NCBI GenBank assembly: GCA_040752415.1
Contig: JBFMGU010000112.1
Location: 1 to 33,595 of the forward strand
DNA length: 33,595 bases
DNA from: Myxococcota bacterium
GTDB taxonomy: Bacteria > Myxococcota > JACRCW01
Reading direction: 5' to 3'
Below, piece after piece: positions 18,163 to 25,713 of this stretch. A program made the position numbers and the translations under genes. The stretch's first letter is position 1. Every line of letters starts with the position of its first letter. The notes under the pieces are model-generated. The model saw nothing but the letters and a program-made list of their open reading frames with translations, ran no database searches and had not been told where the DNA came from.

Positions 18163-18174
18163 TTCGTAGGTCAA
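18159..18174. promoter_or_regulatory. Palindromic operator TTGAT-N6-GTCAA (copy 3, distal to amidase)
   Basis: GGAA-TTGATTCGTAGGTCAA, one mismatch to consensus, overlaps the EamA stop codon; same GGAATTGA prefix as copy 2. Confidence 0.5.
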
Positions 18175-18235
18175 CCTGCCGGGAGGTCAGGTGGCCGATG
18201 CGAAGTCTTCCGAGGAAAGGCGATAAGCGCTCGTG

Positions 18236-18251
18236 TTGACTCGCCAGTCAA
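18236..18251. promoter_or_regulatory. Palindromic operator TTGAC-N6-GTCAA (copy 4, abutting amidase RBS)
   Basis: TTGACTCGCCAGTCAA overlapping the AAGGAG RBS, 10 bp before ATG 18262. Confidence 0.65.
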
Positions 18252-18261
18252 GGAGCGCGCC

Positions 18262-19824
18262 ATGAAGCGTCTTTCCCTCCGCCTTGTTGCTGTCTTCCTC
18301 ATGTTGACGGGTTGTGCGGTGCCCACGGAGCAGGCCGACCCCGCGCAGGGGGCCCTGCAGGCCGTCTTCCGGGATGCCTCGGATGAGTTCAGCGTTCCGG
18401 AGGACCTGTTGCTCGCGGTGGCGCACGCGGCGTCCCGCTTCCAGCAGGGAGAGGCGGATGAGCACCTGCACCAGGACGCGCACGGGATCATGCAGCTCCG
18501 CAACGACGAGGCGCACCCCGCGCTGCGCATGGCGGCGGAACGGCTCGGTGAGTCGCCGGAGGCGTTGAAGCATGATGTGCAGTTGAACGTGCGCGGCGCG
18601 GCGGCGTTGCTGCAGCGGTTTGCTCGTCGGGATGACGGGTCCCTGCCCGGGAATCTGGAGGACTGGCGCACCGCGCTCGGCCGGCTCGCCGCGGGTGACG
18701 ACATGGTGGCGGGGGACATCTTCGCCGACGACGTGTTCTCGGTGCTGCGCAGCGGTGCGCGGGTGCGCCTGGCAGACGGCTCCGTGATCGTGATCGAAGG
18801 GCGGCCGGTGGGGCGGGCGCTCTCGTCGACAACGCAGGGGCTCGAGGGCATTCCGTTCGTGGCGGCGTCGACGTCGAACTACTCGGCGGGGCGTGGCGGG
18901 GCGCCCATCCAGTACGTGGTCATCCACACCGTGCAGGGCTCCTACGCGGGCGCCATCAGCTGGTTCCGCAACCCCGCGGCGCAGGTCAGCGCGCACTACG
19001 TCATCCGCTCCTCCGACGGCGCCATCACCCAGATGGTCAACGAGGGGAATACCGCCTGGCACGCTGGCAACTTCACGTACAACCAGCGCTCCATCGGCAT
19101 CGAGCACGAGGGTTTCGTCGGGCAGCCGGAGGTCTGGTACACGCCGGAGATGTACGCGGCCAGCGCGGCCCTGGTGGCTGACATCTGCGACCGCTACGGC
19201 ATCCCCAAGGACCGCGGTCACATCATCGGTCACGTCGAGGTTCCGGGCTCCACGCACACCGACCCCGGCTCGGGATGGGACTGGGATTACTTCATGTCCC
19301 TGGTCCAGGGCGGCGCGTCCCAGCCCCCTCCGCAGAACGCGTGTGGCGACGTCACCTACGCCGGCTACTGCGACGGCGCCACGCTGGTGTGGTGCGAGAA
19401 CGGCGCGCTCAAGAGCGTGAATTGCGCGGAGCGCGGCAAGGCCTGCGGCTGGGAGTCCGACGCGGTGGGCCACAACTGCGTGGTCCCCGCCGAGGAACCG
19501 CCGCCCGCCCAGGAGCCGCCCGCCGAGGATCCCTGCGGTGGTCTCACCTACCAGGGCACCTGCAGCGGGGGCGTGCTGAGCTGGTGCGAGAATGGCGCGG
19601 TGAAGGTCCACGACTGCGCCGCGGGCGGCCAGGGCTGCGGCTGGGAGTCCGACGCGGTGGGCTACAACTGCACCGGTGGCTGCGGTGAGCTGGACTACGC
19701 CGGCGGGTGCCACGGTTCCTCCCTGCGCTGGTGCGAAAACGGCGCGGTGCGCGTGGTGGATTGCGCGGGGTCCGGGCAGTCGTGCGGGTGGCAGTCGGAC
19801 GCGGTGGGCTACAACTGCCTGTGA
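18262..19824 (+). CDS. Lipoprotein N-acetylmuramoyl-L-alanine amidase (Amidase_2/AmpD-like) with degenerate SLT-like N-domain and three Cys-rich repeats
   Basis: Lipobox LTGC; VVIHT, SAHYVI, AWHAG, SIGIEHEG, IIGHVEVPGSTHTDPG (Zn ligands and catalytic Glu). Confidence 0.92.
   Translation: MKRLSLRLVAVFLMLTGCAVPTEQADPAQGALQAVFRDASDEFSVPEDLLLAVAHAASRFQQGEADEHLHQDAHGIMQLRNDEAHPALRMAAERLGESPEALKHDVQLNVRGAAALLQRFARRDDGSLPGNLEDWRTALGRLAAGDDMVAGDIFADDVFSVLRSGARVRLADGSVIVIEGRPVGRALSSTTQGLEGIPFVAASTSNYSAGRGGAPIQYVVIHTVQGSYAGAISWFRNPAAQVSAHYVIRSSDGAITQMVNEGNTAWHAGNFTYNQRSIGIEHEGFVGQPEVWYTPEMYAASAALVADICDRYGIPKDRGHIIGHVEVPGSTHTDPGSGWDWDYFMSLVQGGASQPPPQNACGDVTYAGYCDGATLVWCENGALKSVNCAERGKACGWESDAVGHNCVVPAEEPPPAQEPPAEDPCGGLTYQGTCSGGVLSWCENGAVKVHDCAAGGQGCGWESDAVGYNCTGGCGELDYAGGCHGSSLRWCENGAVRVVDCAGSGQSCGWQSDAVGYNCL
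19342..19818 (+). repeat. Three 138-bp (46-aa, 6-Cys) intragenic repeats
   Basis: Copies at 19342-19479, 19534-19671 and 19681-19818; consensus CG..(T/D)Y.G.C.G..L.WCENGA....C...G..CGW.SDAVG(H/Y)NC. Confidence 0.95.
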
Positions 19825-19895
19825 CAAATGCCGCTTGATGCGGCCCACGCCGTCGTGGTCTCTATGGCCTCTTACACATTCCACGGCGGCCAAAG

Positions 19896-21473
19896 ATGGG
19901 CGTCCAACTCGTCATCAACGCAGAAAGCCATGAGACCCGCGTCGCGCTGCTGGAGAACGGCGTGGTGGCCGAGCTCCTGTTCGAGCGGAAGAAGGAGCGC
20001 GGGATCGTCGGGAACATCTACAAGGGACGCGTCCAGCGCGTGCTGCCCGGCATGCAGGCCGCCTTCGTCGACATTGGCCTGGAGAAGGCCGCCTTCCTCT
20101 ACGTGGGCGACATCCTCCCCCGCACCCACCACGACGAGGAAGAAGACGAGGAGGCCCGCAAGGGCGACACCGTTCCCGAGCCCCCGCCCCCGCCCCGCGA
20201 ACCCGAGCGCGAGCCCGAGCGTGACCATCGCTACGAGCGTCGTCGTGACGACCTGCGCATCGACGAGCTGCTCAAGGAGGGGCAGGAGATCATGGTGCAG
20301 GTGGCCAAGGACGCCATTGGCACCAAGGGGGTGCGCGTCACCTGCCAGGTGAGCCTGCCGGGAAGACACCTGGTGTTCATGCCCGACAGCAACCACGTGG
20401 GCATCAGCCGTCGCATCAAGGACGAGACGGAGCGTGCGCGGCTCAAGGAGATTGTCGAGGGGCTGCGTCCGCCGGGCTCGGGCTTTGTGGTGCGCACCGC
20501 CGGGGAAGGAGTGCCGCGCGCCAAGCTGGAAGCCGACGTGGGATTCCTGCTGAAGGTCTGGCAGGACGTGAAGCAGAAGCTGGAGAGCACCCGCGCCCCC
20601 GCGCTCATCCACCCCGACCTGGACCTCATCCTCCGCGCCACCCGCGACCTCTTCACCGCCGACGTGGAGAAGCTGGTGGTCGACGACAAGGCCGCCTACG
20701 AGCGCATCATCGGCTTCATTGGCGGGTTCCAGAGCTCGCTGGTTTCCGTGGTGGAGCTGTACCAGGGGCAGGAGCCGCTCTTTGACAACATGGGCATCGA
20801 GCAGGAGATCAGTCGCGCGCTCTCCCGCAAGGTGTGGCTCAAGAGTGGCGGCTACATCGTCATTGACCAGGCGGAGGCGCTCACCGCCATTGACGTCAAC
20901 ACCGGCCGCTTCGTGGGCAAGCGCAATCTCGAGGACACCATCACCAAGACCAACCTGGAGGCGGTCAAGGAGATTGCCTACCAGCTGCGGCTGCGGAACA
21001 TCGGCGGGATGATCGTCATTGACTTCATTGACATGGACAAGCCGCAGAACCGCGAGAAGGTGCACCAGGCTCTGGACGAGGAGCTCAAGAAGGACCGCGC
21101 CCGCACCAACGTGGTGCGCATCAGTGAGCTGGGCCTGGTGGAGATGACGCGTCAGCGCGTGCGCGAGAGCCTGGGGCGAATGCTGACGGAGCCGTGTTTC
21201 TATTGTGAGGGTCGCGGCGCCATCAAGAACAAGCTCACGGTGGCGTATGACATCTTCCGTCAGGTCCGTCGTCAGGCGCCCACCATCCGGGAGAAGGTGC
21301 TGGTGGTGCACTGCCATCCGGAGGTGGCCGACCTCATCTACGACACCGAGCAGGACCACCTGGAAGAGCTGGAGCACGCCACGGGCAAGAAGCTGGTGAT
21401 GCGTGCGCGCGGCAGCTTCCACCAGGAGCAGTTCGAGATCTTCGGCACGGACGAGAAGACGTTGAACGTCTAG
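19896..21473 (+). CDS. rng: Ribonuclease G/E family (Rne/Rng)
   Basis: GNIYKGRVQRVLPGMQAAFVDIG (S1), LTAIDVNTG, TNLEA, RLRNIGGMIVIDFIDM, LGLVEMTRQR, Zn-link CFYC; about 525 aa with no long RNase E tail. Confidence 0.93.
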   Translation: MGVQLVINAESHETRVALLENGVVAELLFERKKERGIVGNIYKGRVQRVLPGMQAAFVDIGLEKAAFLYVGDILPRTHHDEEEDEEARKGDTVPEPPPPPREPEREPERDHRYERRRDDLRIDELLKEGQEIMVQVAKDAIGTKGVRVTCQVSLPGRHLVFMPDSNHVGISRRIKDETERARLKEIVEGLRPPGSGFVVRTAGEGVPRAKLEADVGFLLKVWQDVKQKLESTRAPALIHPDLDLILRATRDLFTADVEKLVVDDKAAYERIIGFIGGFQSSLVSVVELYQGQEPLFDNMGIEQEISRALSRKVWLKSGGYIVIDQAEALTAIDVNTGRFVGKRNLEDTITKTNLEAVKEIAYQLRLRNIGGMIVIDFIDMDKPQNREKVHQALDEELKKDRARTNVVRISELGLVEMTRQRVRESLGRMLTEPCFYCEGRGAIKNKLTVAYDIFRQVRRQAPTIREKVLVVHCHPEVADLIYDTEQDHLEELEHATGKKLVMRARGSFHQEQFEIFGTDEKTLNV

Positions 21474-21509
21474 TTGACGCGCGGCGCGGCCGTGTCACAG
21501 TGCGGCCGC

Positions 21510-21875
21510 ATGGCACGGAACCGACAGGACGAAGTGGACGAGGTGCTGGGACGTCGCCGTGGGCAGCCGCGCGTGGCGGTGAACCACGAGTTCCGTTCCC
21601 TGCAGGAGTTCATCACCGAGTACGTGGCGGACATCAGCGCCTCCGGCGTGTTCATCCGCACCGACGACCCGCTGCCGGTGGGCACCAAGGTGGACCTGCG
21701 CTTCACCGTGATTGACGACGAGATTGAGACGGTGGAGGGCGTGGGGGTGGTGGCACGCGTGGTGGCCCCGGGGACGGCCCAGGCCGCGGGCATGGGGGTC
21801 ACCTTTGAGCGGCTCACGCCGGCGTCCCAGCAGGTGGTGGCGCGCCTGACCGCACGGGCCAAGCGCGGGGCTTGA
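21510..21875 (+). CDS. Single-domain PilZ protein (TIGR02266-like)
   Basis: RRGQPR (RxxxR) and DISASGVFI (D/NxSxxG), GMGVTF. A candidate promoter TTGACG-N16-CACAGT lies just upstream. Confidence 0.88.
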   Translation: MARNRQDEVDEVLGRRRGQPRVAVNHEFRSLQEFITEYVADISASGVFIRTDDPLPVGTKVDLRFTVIDDEIETVEGVGVVARVVAPGTAQAAGMGVTFERLTPASQQVVARLTARAKRGA

Positions 21876-21996
21876 GGCGCTGTCAAGGGCAAGCCGGGTA
21901 GGCGTGAGCATCACCGTCACCTTGACGGGGTGGGAGACGTTGGTGCGGAAAGAGCAGCGGGGATAAGGTCGGGGTTCCAGGCTGCGTGGAGGCTCG

Positions 21997-24219
21997 GTGA
22001 GCGAAGGGAGAAGGGCGCTGTATTCCGGGTGCGAGCGCGTGCCCGGGCCCTCGGCGGCCGGCATGCGGCTGTCGCAGGTGATCCAGTCCTTCTCCTCGCA
22101 GATGGAGGCCGACGGCCTTTCCCTCAAGAGCGCCGACCTCGCCCACATCCAGCGGCTGGGTCAGGCGCGCATGATGCGTGTGCCCGCGCCGGAGACGCCC
22201 TTCATCGAGCGCGCCAGCGCGTTCCAGCGCGCCCTCAAGCGCCAGCTGGAAGGGGACTCCTACGACCTCGTCCACGCCGGCGACGCGTGGGCGGGCGCGG
22301 TGGCGGCGCAGCACAAGGAGCAGGCGGAGTTCCGGCTGGTCATGGACCTCACCGACCTGCCCACCCAGAGCATGGGGGAGCGCTTCCCCGGCCTGCAGGT
22401 CGACGAGAAGGTGCGGCAGATCATCCGTCGCGGTGAGACGCTGGCCATCCAACGCGCCGACGCGCTGGTGGTCTCCTCCAGGGCGGCCCTGAAGGTGGTG
22501 GTGGCGGCGGGCGCGCAGGAGTCCCGCGTGCACGTCATCCCCCCGGGCGTCGACGAGACGCTGTTCACCGGCGGCAAGATCGAGCTGCGCGTGCAGGATG
22601 GCACCTTCAGCGTGCTGTACGCGGGCGTGGCGGACCCGGGCCGGGGGCTGACGCCGTTTCTGCACGCGCTGCGCTCCATGCCGCCACCGGTGCGCGGGGT
22701 CCTGCTCCGACGGAACGCGCGCGAGGCCGCGGCGGAAGAGGCCATTGCGGCGCTGGGACTGGGGGAGCGGGTCACCTGGCTGGAGGCCACCACGCACCAG
22801 CAGATGGCCGCCGCGTACCAGGCCGTCGACGTGGTGGTGCTCCTCCCGCACGCCGCCGCGGGTACCGTGTGCGCGGCCAACACGCCGCAGCGCATGCTGG
22901 AGGCCATGGCGTGTCGTCGGCCGGTGGTGGTGGGGGACACGGCGGGCACGCGGGAGGTGGCCACGGACCGTGACACCGCGCTGGTGGTTCCCTCCCGGGA
23001 CCCGCGCGCATTGGGGGGCGCGCTGCACCTGCTGCTCACCGACGGGACGCTGCGCGAGAAGCTGGCGCGGAGGGCCGGGGAGCTGGCCAACGAGCACACC
23101 TGGCGCGCGCGCCACGACGACTACGCGCGGCTGTACCAGAAGCTCCTGGGTGTGCCGTTCACGTTGCAGAACCGTGCGTCGTCGGCGCCCTTCAAGTTCC
23201 CGCCGCGCAAGCCCGCGCCGCCGTCGGTGGGCATTGCCCGGGATGAGCGTGCCGCGCCCAAGCCCGCGCCCGCCGCTCCGGCGCCCGTGCCCGTCGCCGC
23301 GGCGACGCCTCCTCCGCCAACACAACCCGCGCCGCAGCCTCTCGCTGCCAACACGCCGCCCACGCCGCTGCAGGTTCCCGCGCTGGTGCCGATACCGGAC
23401 TTCCCGGCGGGCGCGGCGGGATTCCCGTTGGCGCCGGCGTTGTCCGAGCCCTCGGGCGTGGAGTTTGGCGCACCCACGACGGTGACCGACACGCGTCCCG
23501 TGGCCGAGCCCACGCTCTCCGACGACGGCTCCGCGCAGATCACGCTGCCACCGATGCCGGGCGGGATGATGCCGCCGCACTTCCTCACCGAGGCCACGCC
23601 GGCGGGCTCCGGCATTGACCTTCCGCCGGTGGTGGACCCGCCCACGGTGCCCATGGTGCCGCTGGATGAGCGCACCGCGCCACGCGCCCCGGCCGCGCCC
23701 ACGCAGGTCTCCGTGACGGTGGGAGAGTCGCAGGGCGAGATCACCGACCCCTGGGGCGGCGACACCGTGGCGGTGAGCCAGCCGCCCACGCACATGGAGA
23801 TGGCGTTGCCAGGGCGGGGAGACGGCACCCACGAGCCCACGCCCGCACCGGAGGCCACGCCGCTGCCCGCACCACCACCGCCTCCTCCGCCGGCCGCCTC
23901 GGCCAAGGGTGGGCCGGGATTGCGCTCCCTGGCGCTGCTCGACGCGCTGGGCGACAGCAGCCCCGGCGAGGTCTCCGTGTCCGTCCCGGCGCCCAGCGAC
24001 AAGACCGAGCGCCTGGACCTGGACAACCGGCACGTGGAGGCGGTGTATGGGAAGTCGGTGGGGCTGCAGCGTCGTGCGGGCGAGCTGCGTTTTGGCGAGG
24101 AAGCCGAGGCCGAGCAGCCCACGCTGCAGCACGCCGCGGGCATCACGCGGACGCTCCCGCCGGACTTGAGCAACACGCCCAATCCCGAGGACACGCCGCC
24201 GCCGGGATCGAACAGCTGA
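21997..24219 (+). CDS. Glycosyltransferase family 4 with long Pro-rich disordered C-terminal extension
   Basis: GGAGG RBS plus GTG start; YDLVHA, VHVIPPGVD, VLYAG…RGL, PQRMLEAMACRRPVV; last ~350 aa Pro/Ala/Thr-rich. Confidence 0.88.
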   Translation: MSEGRRALYSGCERVPGPSAAGMRLSQVIQSFSSQMEADGLSLKSADLAHIQRLGQARMMRVPAPETPFIERASAFQRALKRQLEGDSYDLVHAGDAWAGAVAAQHKEQAEFRLVMDLTDLPTQSMGERFPGLQVDEKVRQIIRRGETLAIQRADALVVSSRAALKVVVAAGAQESRVHVIPPGVDETLFTGGKIELRVQDGTFSVLYAGVADPGRGLTPFLHALRSMPPPVRGVLLRRNAREAAAEEAIAALGLGERVTWLEATTHQQMAAAYQAVDVVVLLPHAAAGTVCAANTPQRMLEAMACRRPVVVGDTAGTREVATDRDTALVVPSRDPRALGGALHLLLTDGTLREKLARRAGELANEHTWRARHDDYARLYQKLLGVPFTLQNRASSAPFKFPPRKPAPPSVGIARDERAAPKPAPAAPAPVPVAAATPPPPTQPAPQPLAANTPPTPLQVPALVPIPDFPAGAAGFPLAPALSEPSGVEFGAPTTVTDTRPVAEPTLSDDGSAQITLPPMPGGMMPPHFLTEATPAGSGIDLPPVVDPPTVPMVPLDERTAPRAPAAPTQVSVTVGESQGEITDPWGGDTVAVSQPPTHMEMALPGRGDGTHEPTPAPEATPLPAPPPPPPPAASAKGGPGLRSLALLDALGDSSPGEVSVSVPAPSDKTERLDLDNRHVEAVYGKSVGLQRRAGELRFGEEAEAEQPTLQHAAGITRTLPPDLSNTPNPEDTPPPGSNS

Positions 24220-24365
24220 GAAGGCAGTAGACGCCCCGCGCCCACGACGCTGGGAAGCAATCAGGATGCAGTGCCCGCACCCCGTCGTCATGGGCTCCCC
24301 TCTGAGGGGCGCACAACGGTGAGTGCGGTTCGGCCTGGGTTGCTTTTGCGGGTCGGCTGCAGCTG

Positions 24366-24655
24366 GCCCAGCGCGTCACGAAGCGGGTGAGCGGGGCAAC
24401 GGCGCCCTGGAGTGCGGTGCGAAGTTGTTCAAGCGGTCGACGACGTGAAGCACCGCCCTGGATCGAGCGCCCCCGACTGCGCGGACGTCATTCCGTTCCC
24501 CCGGTGCCGCATGTTCTCGAGGCTCTTCACGGCATGAAATGGCCGACGATGGGCCCCATCCAGGGCGGTGCTTCACGTCGTCGACCGCTTGAGCAACTTC
24601 GCACCGCACACCAGGGCGCCGTTGCCCCGCTCACCCGCTTCGTGACGCGCTGGGC
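24366..24655. repeat. Long inverted-repeat element: 98-bp arms (24366-24463 and 24558-24655) around a 94-bp spacer; MITE/REPIN-like
   Basis: Arms are reverse complements at 96/98 positions (exceptions A24411:A24610 and T24428:G24593); right arm overlaps the last codons and stop of mtnA. Confidence 0.93.
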
Positions 24656-25713
24656 GCCGCCCGTCGCAGCACGGCCAGCGACGCGTGATTCACCGGACGC
24701 GCCACGCCGGTCTCGGTCACCACACCCGCCACCAGGTCCGCCGGCGTCACGTCGAAGGCGGGATTGAACACGCGCACGCCGTCGGGCGCCCAGCTGGGGC
24801 CGCCCAGCGCACCGGTGACCTCGTGCGCGCCACGCTCCTCGATGGTGATGCCGCGCCCGTCGACGGTGGCAGGATCCAACGTGCTCAGCGGGCACACCAC
24901 CCACAACGGCGCCTGGTGCTGGCGACACGCAAGCGCCACCGAGTAGGTGCCCACCTTGTTCGCCACGTCGCCATTCGCCGCCACGCGGTCCGCGCCCACC
25001 ACCGCCGCCTGGATCTTCCCGCGCCACATCAGGTGCGCCGCCGCTCCGTCGGGGAGCACGGTGCACTCAATGCCGTCCTGCATCAGCTCCCAGGCCGTCA
25101 GTCGCGCGCCCTGCAGCAGTGGGCGGGTCTCGTCGGCGTAGACGCGCAGCTTCTTGCCCATGGCCACCGCCGCGCGCACCACACCCAACGCGCTCCCAAT
25201 CCCGCAGGTGGCCAGCACGCCGGTGTTGCAGTGGGTGAGCACGCCGCCCTCGTCGGGAAGCAGCGCGGCGCCGTGTTGCGCCATGGCCTGGCACGCCGCC
25301 ACGTCCTCGCGCACCACCTCGTCGGCGCAGGCGCGCAGCGCGGCCACCCAGGCATCCGCGTCGTCCCGCAGACCCTCAAGCGCGCGGTCCGCCCGGGAGA
25401 GCGCGTAGAACAGGTTCACCGCCGTGGGCCGGCTCTCCGCCAGCTGCTTGCGCCCGCGCGCCACCGCCTCGCGCAGCGAGGGAAGACCGGCGTCCCGCGC
25501 GCGCAACGCCGCCAGCCACATCCCGTACGCCGTCACGCCGCCAATGAGCGGAGCGCCGCGCACGCACAGGGTGCGGATGGCGTCGGCCACCTCGTCCACG
25601 GTGCGCAGGGTGAGCCACTTCTCCTCGCGCGGGAGGAGGCGTTGGTCCAGCACGCGCAGCGCGTCCGGGAGCGGCTCGAACGCGCGCACGCGTGAGGTGA
25701 CGGTGGGGCTCAT
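24631..25713 (-). CDS. mtnA: S-methyl-5-thioribose-1-phosphate isomerase
   Basis: LDQRLLP, VRGAPLIG, SRPTAVNL, THCNTG, ETRPLLQGARLTAWEL, GADR, NKVGTY, NPAFDVTP. Confidence 0.96.
   Translation of the reverse strand: MSPTVTSRVRAFEPLPDALRVLDQRLLPREEKWLTLRTVDEVADAIRTLCVRGAPLIGGVTAYGMWLAALRARDAGLPSLREAVARGRKQLAESRPTAVNLFYALSRADRALEGLRDDADAWVAALRACADEVVREDVAACQAMAQHGAALLPDEGGVLTHCNTGVLATCGIGSALGVVRAAVAMGKKLRVYADETRPLLQGARLTAWELMQDGIECTVLPDGAAAHLMWRGKIQAAVVGADRVAANGDVANKVGTYSVALACRQHQAPLWVVCPLSTLDPATVDGRGITIEERGAHEVTGALGGPSWAPDGVRVFNPAFDVTPADLVAGVVTETGVARPVNHASLAVLRRAAPSASRSG

Noticed and set aside
19342..19818. Repeated DNA 'tgcggctgggagtccgacgcggtggg' as a possible CRISPR array
   Set aside because: In-frame protein repeats with homologous intervening sequence; no unique spacers or cas genes.
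19830..19844. GCCGC-TTGAT-GCGGC hairpin after the amidase as a terminator
   Set aside because: Short stem with no U-tract; insufficient support.
20128..20250. Acidic/Pro-rich insert in the RNase G S1 domain
   Set aside because: Variable low-complexity inserts at this position are common in Rne/Rng proteins.
21872..21886. TTGAG-N5-GTCAA as a fifth operator copy
   Set aside because: Wrong spacing plus a mismatch; overlaps the PilZ stop codon.
24250..24270. GGGAAGCAATCAGG as an SRP RNA-like motif
   Set aside because: The order of elements and the GGAA tetraloop helix of SRP domain IV are absent.
24376..24767. Short ORFs across the inverted repeat (24376-24609, 24387-24767)
   Set aside because: By-products of the palindrome; no transposase or toxin-like features or RBS support.
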